Made by a program: the position numbers and the translations under genes
Assembly (NCBI GenBank): GCA_965140445.1
Contig: OZ223236.1
Location: forward strand, 2,592,001 to 2,656,000
From: Candidatus Ozemobacteraceae bacterium
GTDB lineage: Bacteria > Muiribacteriota > Ozemobacteria > Ozemobacterales > Ozemobacteraceae
Direction: 5' to 3'
DNA length: 64,000 bases
Shown here: positions 54,703 through 64,000 of the stretch, piece after piece
Numbering within the stretch: position 1 is the first letter of the stretch
How the letters are laid out: every line of letters begins with the position of its first letter
The notes under the pieces: model-generated
Told to the model about the DNA's origin: nothing
Seen by the model: only the letters and a program-made list of their open reading frames with translations
The model's database searches: none

Positions 54703-55539
54703 TTAAGAAATACTTTTGATTAGTTGAATAACTTTTTCTGTTACAAAATCTGGAGTTGAAGCACCGGCAGAAATCGCAATTCTTGGAAAAGCTGCCATTG
54801 TTGATTTTTCAAGCTCTTTTTCTGTTTCTATGTGAAACGTGTTTGGACAAATTTCTCTGGCAATTTCTGCCAGGCGCCTGGTATTTGCACTTGATTTTCC
54901 GCCAACAATAATCACTGCATCTGCTTTTAAAGATAACTCTCTTATTTCTTTTTGTCTTTCAGAAGTGGCTAGACAAATTGAATTTGAAATTTCTGTATTC
55001 CTGTTATTTTTGGCTAAAAACTCCGAAATACTATTAAATTCTTCGCAACTAAAAGTTGTTTGAGCTATGACCATCAACTTATCTTTTGATTTATACTTTT
55101 CAGCCTCTTCCAATGAAGAAATCACATGATGCTTTCCAGGGGCAAAACTTTGTAAACTAAGTATTTCCGGGTGCTTCTTATCGCCCACTATAATTATAAA
55201 ATACCCAAGCTCAAAGTATTTTTGAATCTGTTTCTGGCTCGTTACAACATGAGGACATGTAGCATCAACAATTTTTAATCCTTTTGCGGTCATTTTTTGA
55301 ATTTCTTCTTTGGGCATACCATGCGCACGAATTATCATTGTTCCATCACTTACGGACTGCCAATCATCAACACTTTCTACACCATGTTCTTTAAGGAACT
55401 CTACTGCCTGTGGATTATGAATTAATGGCCCGCATGTGAAAACTACTTTTTTTTCTGCTTTGGCTGTTTGGATGGCGAGTTGAACTGCTCTTTTTACTCC
55501 CATACAAAATCCTGCTGTTTTTGCCAGATAAATTTCCAT
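54703..55539 (-). CDS. ispH: 4-hydroxy-3-methylbut-2-enyl diphosphate reductase
   Basis: GFCMGVKRA, IHNP, AHG, DATCP, HPE, QTT, IC.AT.ERQ, S.NT..L and AGASTP motifs. Confidence 0.97.
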   Translation of the reverse strand: MEIYLAKTAGFCMGVKRAVQLAIQTAKAEKKVVFTCGPLIHNPQAVEFLKEHGVESVDDWQSVSDGTMIIRAHGMPKEEIQKMTAKGLKIVDATCPHVVTSQKQIQKYFELGYFIIIVGDKKHPEILSLQSFAPGKHHVISSLEEAEKYKSKDKLMVIAQTTFSCEEFNSISEFLAKNNRNTEISNSICLATSERQKEIRELSLKADAVIIVGGKSSANTRRLAEIAREICPNTFHIETEKELEKSTMAAFPRIAISAGASTPDFVTEKVIQLIKSIS

Positions 55540-55600
55540 TTTTCCTCTTAAAATAAAATAATTGTAAAAAATTTAAAACTTGGGTAAATTCTAACATCTT

Positions 55601-55915
55601 ATGCGTGTTATTCTACATATTTTTCTTCACTTTTTAACTCCTTTTATTGTTTCTGTAGGAGTTTCCAGAGAACGTTGGCCAGTTTGTTTCTGGCCTATGG
55701 CCTGGACCATTTTGATTGATCTTGACCATTTGTTTGCCAATCCTGTTTTTAAGGCAAATAGGTGTAGCATTGATTTTCATGTCTTGCACAGCTGGGAGCT
55801 GGTCGCATTGTCGTTTTTTCTCATTTTTTTTAAGAAAACCAGATTTATAGGGGCTGGCTTATCCATTCATTATTCCTTAGATGCCATTGATGGTTTATTA
55901 ATGCTGATTTTCTGA
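55601..55915 (+). CDS. DUF6122-like small membrane protein
   Basis: H..LHF..P, IDLDHL.A.P.F...RCSI.FH.LH and H..LD motifs. Confidence 0.75.
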   Translation: MRVILHIFLHFLTPFIVSVGVSRERWPVCFWPMAWTILIDLDHLFANPVFKANRCSIDFHVLHSWELVALSFFLIFFKKTRFIGAGLSIHYSLDAIDGLLMLIF

Positions 55916-56934
55916 TAATCTCCATCTAAGGTTTTCAGCATTGCAGAAATCTCTTTCATAATAGACATTCGATGCGCGGATCTTTTTCTTTCAAAGGAAA
56001 TCAGCTTTAAGTCTTCTGAGAAATTGGCTTGAACAGAAAAAATAGTGTTTATCGGGTTTATAATTGAGCCGTAGCGCAAGTCATTCATTTTTACCGCAAT
56101 TTTTTCGTTTTGATTCTCTATTTTAGCAGCACAAAACCCCATCGAAAACCAGCTGAACAACTTTCCTTTTTCACTTTCATAAGCTTCTTTTGTCAGTTGG
56201 TTATTGTCTGAATCAAAATCTGTCCAAAGAAGCCTATTAGGCTTATTCAAAACATTTAAGTAGGCAATTTTATAACGGTGGTTTTGTTTCTTTATAATTA
56301 TTCGATAAAGAAGAGTATTTAAAAGAGTTGGTGTTGCTCTAATTTCCAGATACTTTGAACCTTCACTGCAGAGTTGATTCTCTGCAAACTTTATACATGT
56401 TCTGGAGTTTAAATAACCAAAAAAGTTATAACCGAAAGAGAGTAAGATTGCCACAATAGCCAGATGCTTTTTTTTTATGGGGTTAGCATAAGTCAGGAAG
56501 CCATAAAAAGTAGAAAGTAGTAGCGGAAAAGAAAAAAATGGATCAATAATTGGAAGCGAATCTAAGGCAAATCTTTTTGACGTTATAGGCCAAAAAAGAA
56601 GGGTCCCATAAGACGTAAACCAATCAATTATTGTATGAGATAATAGGCACCAAAATGTAAGCTGTATCCAGGAAAAGATTTTTTCATCTGAATTGCTAAT
56701 TTTTTTGGCGAACCATGCGATTGGAAATGTAAGAAGTGCTAATACGAAAACAGAATGCAATGGCCCTCTATGGAATTTTATGGAAATCCAAGGTCCCAAA
56801 AGGCTTGAAAGAACATCGATATCAGGAAAAAGTCCTAAAACAAATCCATAAAAAGCGGCTTTTTTGGAAAATTTTTGGGAAAAGCCTACCTGTGCAACGG
56901 TAGCACCTAATAGACCGTGGGTAACCAAATCCAT
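55870..56934 (-). CDS. Inner-membrane metal-dependent hydrolase (YdjM/YfhP-like)
   Basis: MD.VTH.LLG, PD.D, HRG..HS, H...D..T.YG and D.RY motifs. Confidence 0.88.
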   Translation of the reverse strand: MDLVTHGLLGATVAQVGFSQKFSKKAAFYGFVLGLFPDIDVLSSLLGPWISIKFHRGPLHSVFVLALLTFPIAWFAKKISNSDEKIFSWIQLTFWCLLSHTIIDWFTSYGTLLFWPITSKRFALDSLPIIDPFFSFPLLLSTFYGFLTYANPIKKKHLAIVAILLSFGYNFFGYLNSRTCIKFAENQLCSEGSKYLEIRATPTLLNTLLYRIIIKKQNHRYKIAYLNVLNKPNRLLWTDFDSDNNQLTKEAYESEKGKLFSWFSMGFCAAKIENQNEKIAVKMNDLRYGSIINPINTIFSVQANFSEDLKLISFERKRSAHRMSIMKEISAMLKTLDGDYQKISINKPSMASKE

Positions 56935-56937
56935 AAT

Positions 56938-58119
56938 CTATAAAGCTAAAAAGCTTTCTCTGCTTATGACTATAGGTTCCTTTACTGGCGTAACATTCGC
57001 AAACTGATAGAGTTTTTTCATAATTTCTTTGGTAACAATTTTACCTGAAGAGAATAACAACTTGCCTTCTATCGTTTCTACATCTGAAAGTAGAATGTCA
57101 CCCATTTTAAACTCTGAGATATTTACTTTTCGAACTACTCTGGCAACTTCTGAGCTTTTCAAACCGAGTTTATCCAATCCCCTGAAAACTTCTTCCAATA
57201 ATTGTGAGTCATATTTTTCAGGGTTTTGTCTCAAAAGCTCGTGGATGCTGGAAAAATCATCATAGGTGTCAGCAAGATGAACAATGTCATACAATATTTT
57301 TAAAACTCTGGATTCAAAAGGGATTGATTCACCTTTTACGTCATCAATTGGAAATCCGGAACCGTCAAAATTCTTATTACTATAGCGGACAATCTTAGCT
57401 ATGGGGGCAAACTTTGGAATATGTGATAAGAGATTCTCTGCTGTTTCTGGAGCGCTAGAGATTAATTGTGCTTCATACTCATTTAAAGGAGCTTTACTAG
57501 CTAGCTTTTCATTCAATTCATCAGAAAAACCGATATGTCCAAGGAGGGAAAAAAGAGCAGCTGTTTCAAAGGATACGTGATCGTCTATACCAAGAAATTT
57601 AGCCAATTCTTTTGCATAATGCTGAACTCTACGACCTTTTCTGAATGATTTTTCATTCGCTACCATTATCATCTCTGTTAAAATTTGAATTGTCCCTGTT
57701 AAAATTCCATCTAGATTTTGTTGATCTGTTATTGCCAGTCGCCTGGATTCTCTAAGTCCATCAATCATCGCAGCTGCAAGGACTTTAGTATTGCATGGTT
57801 TTGCTAAAAACTTAAAAACTCTGCATTCGTTTATGGCTTTCATTGCAAGGTCAAGATCAGCATAGCCTGTAAGAACCATGGTTACCGTGGAAGGGCTTAT
57901 TTCTCTAACCTTATGTATTAACTCTAGTCCAGTCATTTCTGGCAACTGGTAATCAGTAACCAAAAGGGAAAAGTTGCCTTCGCTTTCAAAAAGCTCAAGG
58001 GCCTTTTGAGCGCTTTCAGCAAATTTTACATCAATTACACTGCTAAATTGACGTTCATAAACAGCCAATACTTTGGGGTTGTCATCCACCATGAGTACTT
58101 TTTCAGCAATGGGGCTCAT
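56938..58119 (-). CDS. Response regulator with a degenerate HD-GYP-like domain
   Basis: Intact REC (DD, TDYQLP, KP); FDGSGFP...KGE.IP..SR; HD dyad replaced (SLLGH). Confidence 0.82.
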   Translation of the reverse strand: MSPIAEKVLMVDDNPKVLAVYERQFSSVIDVKFAESAQKALELFESEGNFSLLVTDYQLPEMTGLELIHKVREISPSTVTMVLTGYADLDLAMKAINECRVFKFLAKPCNTKVLAAAMIDGLRESRRLAITDQQNLDGILTGTIQILTEMIMVANEKSFRKGRRVQHYAKELAKFLGIDDHVSFETAALFSLLGHIGFSDELNEKLASKAPLNEYEAQLISSAPETAENLLSHIPKFAPIAKIVRYSNKNFDGSGFPIDDVKGESIPFESRVLKILYDIVHLADTYDDFSSIHELLRQNPEKYDSQLLEEVFRGLDKLGLKSSEVARVVRKVNISEFKMGDILLSDVETIEGKLLFSSGKIVTKEIMKKLYQFANVTPVKEPIVISRESFLAL

Positions 58120-58165
58120 TTTATCTCCGGGTATTTATAAATGATTCAATTATGGCTATTTAATT

Positions 58166-59206
58166 CTAGTTCTTGGATTCAAGAACATTCTTTATTGTTT
58201 CTGAAAGATTTTTAACTGTTGTTGGCTTTTGTAAAAAACCATTTGCGCCATTATTCAACATTCTTTGAGATACTTCACCAATTGGATCACCAGATATCAG
58301 AATAATCTTTAAATGTGGCCCATTTTTGCGGACTTCATTAAATAATTCTTCAGAGGTAATATCTGGAAGATTTAAATCCATAATTACCATTTCATTTTCC
58401 TGGCCTTTGCTTTTTATGAGTTCAATCGCTTCTTGTCCGGTTGAGCAGCCTGCTGGCAGATACTTCAGTCGTTTAAGCATCTCGCAAAGGAATCTTTGAA
58501 CTAATGGTTCGTCATCTATAACGATGATCCCAGGCAATGCCGCTGACTCGGATGTTGATTGATCTATCTTTGTTTCTGTTTGAGTGTTTGTATCTTTTCC
58601 TAAGAATAAGACGGGGCGTGATTTTGGTGGAAAAATTTTTCTGAAATCCTTATTTAAATCTATTGATTTCATTATGGCATTCATTACATTCGTTGCACAT
58701 TCTTTTAATTCTGGATCCGTGACTTCATCTTCAAGGGCAGATCCAAAACCAGAAATAATCTGAAACTGATTATTCATGTCATGAGTAATCTTTCTGGTGT
58801 TTGGGAGTTCCTGCATTAACTTTTGAATTTCTTGAAAATGATAGCCTTCAGCCATCATCGGCGACACGTTTTGAATGAAACCATTAATTTCATTACCTTC
58901 TTTTATGGAAGCAATCGTTATTGAAACAGTGCATGAGGGGAGTACATCTTTTTGGGTTAGATCTTTAAAAAATGTAAAAAGTCCTGATCTTGTTTTGCTT
59001 TCAAGGTTTAACAAGGCCTGTATGGACTTTGCATGCTCTTCGGAAAAGTGTTCTAAAAAGGAATCAAAGCTACTAATCTGTGAATCCTCAATTGGTAGAA
59101 CATTAGAAATTGAACTGTATAGTTTTAACTCTCCAGATTCCTTCAAATAAACAAATGGCGTGACCAGCAAGGCACTAACTAAATCTTCATTGATGCTTGT
59201 CATCAA
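58166..59206 (-). CDS. Protein with a HisKA-like helix pair and C-terminal receiver but no ATPase domain
   Basis: THDMNNQFQIISGF H-box; REC with DDE, MDL and QKP. Confidence 0.75.
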   Translation of the reverse strand: MMTSINEDLVSALLVTPFVYLKESGELKLYSSISNVLPIEDSQISSFDSFLEHFSEEHAKSIQALLNLESKTRSGLFTFFKDLTQKDVLPSCTVSITIASIKEGNEINGFIQNVSPMMAEGYHFQEIQKLMQELPNTRKITHDMNNQFQIISGFGSALEDEVTDPELKECATNVMNAIMKSIDLNKDFRKIFPPKSRPVLFLGKDTNTQTETKIDQSTSESAALPGIIVIDDEPLVQRFLCEMLKRLKYLPAGCSTGQEAIELIKSKGQENEMVIMDLNLPDITSEELFNEVRKNGPHLKIILISGDPIGEVSQRMLNNGANGFLQKPTTVKNLSETIKNVLESKN

Positions 59207-59279
59207 ATCCCTCCCCGAGAATTCCTACATCTATTGTATCTTATCAGTGGTAAAAATACTAATATGAATTACCTTTTTT

Positions 59280-61385
59280 CTAGGAAATCGTTTGCCATAG
59301 CTCGGTGATGCTTTTTATAAGGTCACTTGGCCGATATGGCTTAGGCAATAGTCTTGAGCCTGTTTTTTTCAGATAATCATTCTTTAACAATTCATCGCAG
59401 AATCCAGTACAAAAAAGAATTGGTATATCTGGCCTTAACTTTCTAATCTCATCCGCAGCCTGTTTACCTGATTTTCCAGGCATTAAAACGTCAAAAATCA
59501 GCATAGAAATTTCAGGGTTTTTAGTAAATATTTCAACAGCTTCTAAGCCATCTTTTGCTGTAATAACTGTGAATCCGTGCTTTTTTAGAAGATTGGAAGC
59601 AAAATCTCTTACTAATGGCTCATCTTCAGCTAGAAGTATGGTAAGTTTTTCGCTAATGATTTTACTTGAAGAGGTGGCTTTTTGAACAGCAAGCTGTTCC
59701 TGATTACTTAGGGGCAGAATAAATAAAAATGAGGTTCCTTTATTTAGAACACTTTCAACCTTTATACACCCTTCATGTTTTTCTATGCATGATTGGACGG
59801 TTGCTAACCCTAGTCCAGTACCCTTGTCTTTTCCTTTGGTTGTAAAGAAGGGATTAAAAATTTGATTTAGTTTGTCCTCGGGAATTCCTGAGCCTGTATC
59901 TGCTACAATAAATTTTACATAAGAGATTTTGGGGTTTATCTTAAAATCAGGGAAGGATTCATTTATTTCTTGATTACTTATCTGTTTGACTTTTACCTGG
60001 ATGCTACCGCCATCTGGCATAGCGTCTCTGGCATTAATGAATAAGTTCAAAAATATTTGTTCAAAATGAACTGGATCTGCAAAAATACAAACCTGGTCTG
60101 AAAAACAAGAAGTATCAATTAAAATTTTGGGACCCAGAGTTCGTCTTGATAAAGAAACTATTTTTTGTAATGCTTCTGTGATGTTAATAGAGAGCTTTTT
60201 TATCTCTCCTTTTCGGCTAAAAGCAAGCAGTTGTCGTGATAAACCCATAGCTTGCTGACTAGCGTGTAGAATATTTTTTACGGTTTCTTTTTCAGGGTCT
60301 GTATCTGAGAAATGTAGATCTAAAATCTCAGTATATCCAGAAATCACCTGCAAAATATTGTTAAAATCATGTGCCACTCCGCTAGTTAATAAACCAATTG
60401 CTTCCATTTTTTGTGCCTGAAATAGTTGCTCTTCAATTTCTCTACGTTTTTCAAACTCCTTTTTTAGCATTTCGGAATGCTTTTTTAGAGAGTCCTTTTG
60501 ATCTCTGAGTAATGCTACAAGGGAGTTTTGAGCTTCATTAATTTCTTTTTTCTGAGTTTTCAATAATTGACAGCATGTTTGGAATGTTTTAAGAATTCCA
60601 TTTTGGTTTTCACGAAATCTAATTTTAGCTTCTACGCTGTTTTTTTGGGGTTCGATAAAAGCTATTTCTTCAATTTTATCAATAATGAATTCTGAAATGC
60701 TGCAAGAAGGAAAAATAACGTTCAGGTAGGAGTCAAAAAACTCGGAGAGCTCATCTTGTTTGTCGAGGTCAAATATGCCAATAATTGCAACTGAAGAAAA
60801 TTTCTCATCGTTTTTTAGGTATTTTGTAACAAAGGAGCCTAAAGAGTTTTTATTGGCGGCATCTATTAAAACAATTGCGGGAGCAGTATTATTTATGATG
60901 TTTTCAAAATCTTTTTTGCTTTCAATAGTCCTTACTGAAAATCCTCTGGACTTTAAAAGCATTTGAATCGTATTGGTTATAATATTTTTTTCATTGATTA
61001 CAAAAATCTCTTTGGTGTAACAAGCCATAAATCGATTTAGTTTAAAAAGAAGCTGGTTATGATTTATTACCGGGGCTAAAAATCCATCGATTTGTTTTGA
61101 GACAAGCTTTTCAACCACAAAATTGTTGAAGATACTTGAAAAAGCTACTGTCTTTATGGAGTTATTTTTTTCTTTAATTTTTAAACAGATGTCTTTTGTT
61201 TTGGATACACCAATATTTGAATTTAACAAGATAATTGAAAAATTATTTTCTTCGGCGAAAAAAGTCACGTCTTCATTAGAATTTAGCGCACCAACATCGA
61301 AGCCAATCTCTTTTAATCGGCTTGTATATAAAAGCCGTTGGGCGAAATTGTCTTCAATTAAAAGAACTCTCTCCGGTTGAGTCAT
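59280..61385 (-). CDS. Cytoplasmic hybrid histidine kinase (two degenerate N-terminal REC domains, HisKA, HATPase, REC)
   Basis: QAQKME..G.L..GVAHDFNN, NL..NARDAMP, DTG.GI, PFFTTK and GTGLGL motifs; intact C-terminal REC. Confidence 0.92.
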   Translation of the reverse strand: MTQPERVLLIEDNFAQRLLYTSRLKEIGFDVGALNSNEDVTFFAEENNFSIILLNSNIGVSKTKDICLKIKEKNNSIKTVAFSSIFNNFVVEKLVSKQIDGFLAPVINHNQLLFKLNRFMACYTKEIFVINEKNIITNTIQMLLKSRGFSVRTIESKKDFENIINNTAPAIVLIDAANKNSLGSFVTKYLKNDEKFSSVAIIGIFDLDKQDELSEFFDSYLNVIFPSCSISEFIIDKIEEIAFIEPQKNSVEAKIRFRENQNGILKTFQTCCQLLKTQKKEINEAQNSLVALLRDQKDSLKKHSEMLKKEFEKRREIEEQLFQAQKMEAIGLLTSGVAHDFNNILQVISGYTEILDLHFSDTDPEKETVKNILHASQQAMGLSRQLLAFSRKGEIKKLSINITEALQKIVSLSRRTLGPKILIDTSCFSDQVCIFADPVHFEQIFLNLFINARDAMPDGGSIQVKVKQISNQEINESFPDFKINPKISYVKFIVADTGSGIPEDKLNQIFNPFFTTKGKDKGTGLGLATVQSCIEKHEGCIKVESVLNKGTSFLFILPLSNQEQLAVQKATSSSKIISEKLTILLAEDEPLVRDFASNLLKKHGFTVITAKDGLEAVEIFTKNPEISMLIFDVLMPGKSGKQAADEIRKLRPDIPILFCTGFCDELLKNDYLKKTGSRLLPKPYRPSDLIKSITELWQTIS

Positions 61386-61454
61386 TGTTGATCCTAATTT
61401 TGTCTTTGAAGTATTATATAATCAAGATCACTAAAATGCAAAGCAGAGAAAAGC

Positions 61455-62477
61455 CTATTCTGCATTACTCTGATAATAGTTTCTAAGTTTTTCGATTCCT
61501 TGAGCTATTGAAACTTTGGGTTCATAACCCAAATCCTTTTTAGCAGCATCTATGCAAAAATAATGGGCAGTTGAAAGCTCACCTGCAACCCATCTTGTAA
61601 TTGGTGGTTCTCCAGATAGTCTAAAAGTCTTAAAAACGATTTCGCACAAAAATCCTATTGCCCATGCTAGCATAGGAGAAATGGTAGCTGTAACAGGTGA
61701 AATTCCTGCGGCTCCAATTATTAAATTGGTTAGTTTGGAAATTTCCATCGGTTCGCCGTTTGTAATAAAATAAGGTTTTCCAGAAATTGGAGAAGAGGGG
61801 TAAAGCCTTTCAGCAGCATTAATATGTGCATCTGCTGCATTTTCTACAAAAACAGAATCAACCAGGTTTTTTCCATCGCCAACGAATTTCAGCTTTCCAG
61901 CTTTAGCTTTAGAAATCAAGCGGGGTGCAAGGTGGTTGTCCCCTGGCCCCCATATCAGGTGGGGTCTTAGCGAAACGGTTGCAAGACTTTCAGATGCATT
62001 TTTTAAAACAAATTTTTCAGCCATGCATTTGGTTTTAGGATAATAAGCCTCATGATGATCAGGATATGGCAAAGACTCATCAGCATTTTTAATATCCCCA
62101 TGAGAAAAAACAACGCTTGGAGAGCTTGTATAAACTAGTCTTTTAACTGCATGTTTTTTGCAGGCGGATACTACGTTTTCAGTTCCTTTGACGTTTATTC
62201 TTTCATACTCAGAATACGGCTCAGCAATTCCTGCTTTAGCAGCTGTATGAAAAACAACTTCAGCACCTTCTACTGCTTTGGAAACAATATCAAAGTCGGA
62301 AATTTCACCCTTAAATATTTTTACGCCCTTTTCAAGCAGGTCAGGATAATCTTTTCGACACAAAATGCGAACAACTAACTTTTTTTTGAGAAGTTTGTCA
62401 ACAATAGCTCGTCCAAGAAATCCACTTCCACCAGTTACAAGAACGACCTGTCCTTCTTCAAGGGGTAATAAGTTCAT
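61455..62477 (-). CDS. oleD: OleD-like NAD(P)-dependent reductase (3-beta-HSD/SDR family)
   Basis: VTGGSGFLG, H.AAKAG, YTSSPSVV, Y..TK and LRPHLIWGPGD motifs; start 1 nt after the oleC stop. Confidence 0.8.
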   Translation of the reverse strand: MNLLPLEEGQVVLVTGGSGFLGRAIVDKLLKKKLVVRILCRKDYPDLLEKGVKIFKGEISDFDIVSKAVEGAEVVFHTAAKAGIAEPYSEYERINVKGTENVVSACKKHAVKRLVYTSSPSVVFSHGDIKNADESLPYPDHHEAYYPKTKCMAEKFVLKNASESLATVSLRPHLIWGPGDNHLAPRLISKAKAGKLKFVGDGKNLVDSVFVENAADAHINAAERLYPSSPISGKPYFITNGEPMEISKLTNLIIGAAGISPVTATISPMLAWAIGFLCEIVFKTFRLSGEPPITRWVAGELSTAHYFCIDAAKKDLGYEPKVSIAQGIEKLRNYYQSNAE

Positions 62478-62478
62478 T

Positions 62479-64000
62479 TTATTCTCCAAGAGTTTCAGCT
62501 GCCCATTTTGAAAGAATTTCACGCCCGATCTTTGCATTGTGTCTTATATCGACGGGAAATCCATGATGCACTAGAAAATGTTGTATTGGCTTTGTATGTT
62601 GGTATTTGGCTCCGATTTCCTTTAGCTCGTCTACCAGTTGCTTAAATTTTGCCTGTTGAATTGATTTTTCAACTTCAATACATAAAACAGGGGTTTGTTG
62701 CCCTTTATTTCCAATGCCCACAAGTGCTGTTCGGAAAACCTTTGGGTGCTGATTGAAAACCCTTTCGCATGGAATGGTAAAAAATGTTTGTTCGGCTGCT
62801 TCTACTCGATGAGATTTTCTTCCGCAAAACCATAGTCGGCCTTTTTCATCAAAACGCCCAACATCGCCCATTCTATGCCAAACCTTATCACCTTCCTGGA
62901 TCTTTGCCAGGCGAGTGTTTTCTGGGCGACGATAATATTCTTTAGTTACAATTGGCCCCTTGGCAACGATTTCACCGATTTCACCATTTTTTAGAACCAG
63001 ATCCTGAGACCAGTTTTCAATTGGATCATCAGTTATTTTAATAATTTTTACTTCTACGTGTTTAATTGGAAACCCAACGCAGGTTCCGCCGCCAGCATCA
63101 GTAACTGGAGCTGTTTCACCTAGAATATCATTGCTTCCAATTGAAGTTATGGGCAGTGCTTCTGTAGCACCATATGGAGTGAAAATTTGTGTGTCTTGAT
63201 TTAAAGCTTTATGGAACCGCTGAAGTATATCATTTCGCGCGGGGGCACCACATGAAAGGACTTTTACAAGAGAAGGCAACTTTATGTTGTTTTTTTCCGT
63301 ATATTTGCTCAATGTATCAAGTAGTGCCGGAGAACCAAACATTGAAGTCGCACCATTGTCTGAAATTGCCTCAATGAGCTTTTTAGGATCGGCTTTCGCA
63401 GGCTTGGTTGCATCCATATCTGGAACTACAGTTGTCATCCCAAGGCAGACGTCAAAAAGTGCAAACAATGGGAAAGTAGCTACATCAACATCAGATGCTG
63501 TAAAGTTGTAGATTTCCTGTATAAAATTCACCTGGCTGGTTAAAATTCCGTGAGAATAAACAGCCCCCTTGGAAATTCCGGTTGATCCAGATGTAAACAT
63601 GATTGCACCCATTTCATCAAAGGGCATCATGCAGATTTCAACCGGCGAAGCATCAGCATTGCGAAGATCATAGAACTTATGTCCGCCCCAGAAGATTTTT
63701 GGTCCAAGGGTTACGCAAATTTTAATGGTTTCTTTTCCCCATCCAAGGATAACTCTCAGCGCGTGGGCAATAGAAATTCCGATAAAAGCATCGGGTTCTG
63801 CTTCTGCCAGACAAGTTTTAAGATTTTTCAATCCCATTCCCGGGTCGATCATTACCATTGTTGCCCCAATTTTAGATAGGGCAAAAAAAGTAATAAAAAA
63901 TTCATGACCGGGTTTTAGCATAACGACAACTTTTGTTCCGCGCTTAATCCCTATGTTGGAAAAACCCCTTGCATAACGATTCGTTTCATCTTCAAGCTGC
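62479..64000 (-). CDS. oleC: OleC-like olefin beta-lactone synthetase (ANL adenylation family), 5' end outside the window
   Basis: FTSGSTG..KG, TFPLFALF, TPYGATE.LP, WHRMGD and WFCGRKS.RV motifs; hallmark FPVDIRHNAKI; frame stays open to base 64000. Confidence 0.85.
   Translation of the reverse strand, partial: QLEDETNRYARGFSNIGIKRGTKVVVMLKPGHEFFITFFALSKIGATMVMIDPGMGLKNLKTCLAEAEPDAFIGISIAHALRVILGWGKETIKICVTLGPKIFWGGHKFYDLRNADASPVEICMMPFDEMGAIMFTSGSTGISKGAVYSHGILTSQVNFIQEIYNFTASDVDVATFPLFALFDVCLGMTTVVPDMDATKPAKADPKKLIEAISDNGATSMFGSPALLDTLSKYTEKNNIKLPSLVKVLSCGAPARNDILQRFHKALNQDTQIFTPYGATEALPITSIGSNDILGETAPVTDAGGGTCVGFPIKHVEVKIIKITDDPIENWSQDLVLKNGEIGEIVAKGPIVTKEYYRRPENTRLAKIQEGDKVWHRMGDVGRFDEKGRLWFCGRKSHRVEAAEQTFFTIPCERVFNQHPKVFRTALVGIGNKGQQTPVLCIEVEKSIQQAKFKQLVDELKEIGAKYQHTKPIQHFLVHHGFPVDIRHNAKIGREILSKWAAETLGE

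Noticed and set aside
55870..55915. 46-nt convergent 3' overlap between two membrane-protein genes
   Set aside because: Short tail-to-tail overlaps are common and no further signal was seen.

Overview
AT-rich bacterial chromosome segment with mostly housekeeping and metabolic genes. The gene content suggests an anaerobe, and I infer it may be Candidatus Riflebacteria-like, though this cannot be proven from the window. Contents in order: a partial MscK-like gene; a VIT-vWA protein; infC-rpmI-rplT-TrmH-pheS-pheT (with an L20-leader-like attenuator and a probable AUC start for infC); an NhaC antiporter; a minor-pilin-like cluster; a large secreted glycine-zipper/Ser-Gln repeat protein with a repeat-rich 5' leader; TM1266-hydG divergent from aspA, with a Rex-like box; sppA; a degenerate OYE; two overlapping HAMP-class III cyclase genes; GDPD; a thiF/thiS locus interrupted by an FGE-sulfatase gene between diverged direct repeats; a zinc-ribbon/Doc pair; glnS; an enlarged glmS; a frameshifted speA; SEC-C-map; ispH; several partly degenerate two-component proteins; and oleD plus partial oleC. 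The best candidate for an undescribed system is the cyclase pair. One protein keeps only the metal-binding aspartates and the other keeps only the Asn/Arg transition-state residues, which suggests a two-gene obligate heterodimeric (C1/C2-like) membrane adenylyl cyclase. I found no rRNA, tRNA, CRISPR array, transposase or integrase. All calls come from reading motifs by eye; no searches were run.
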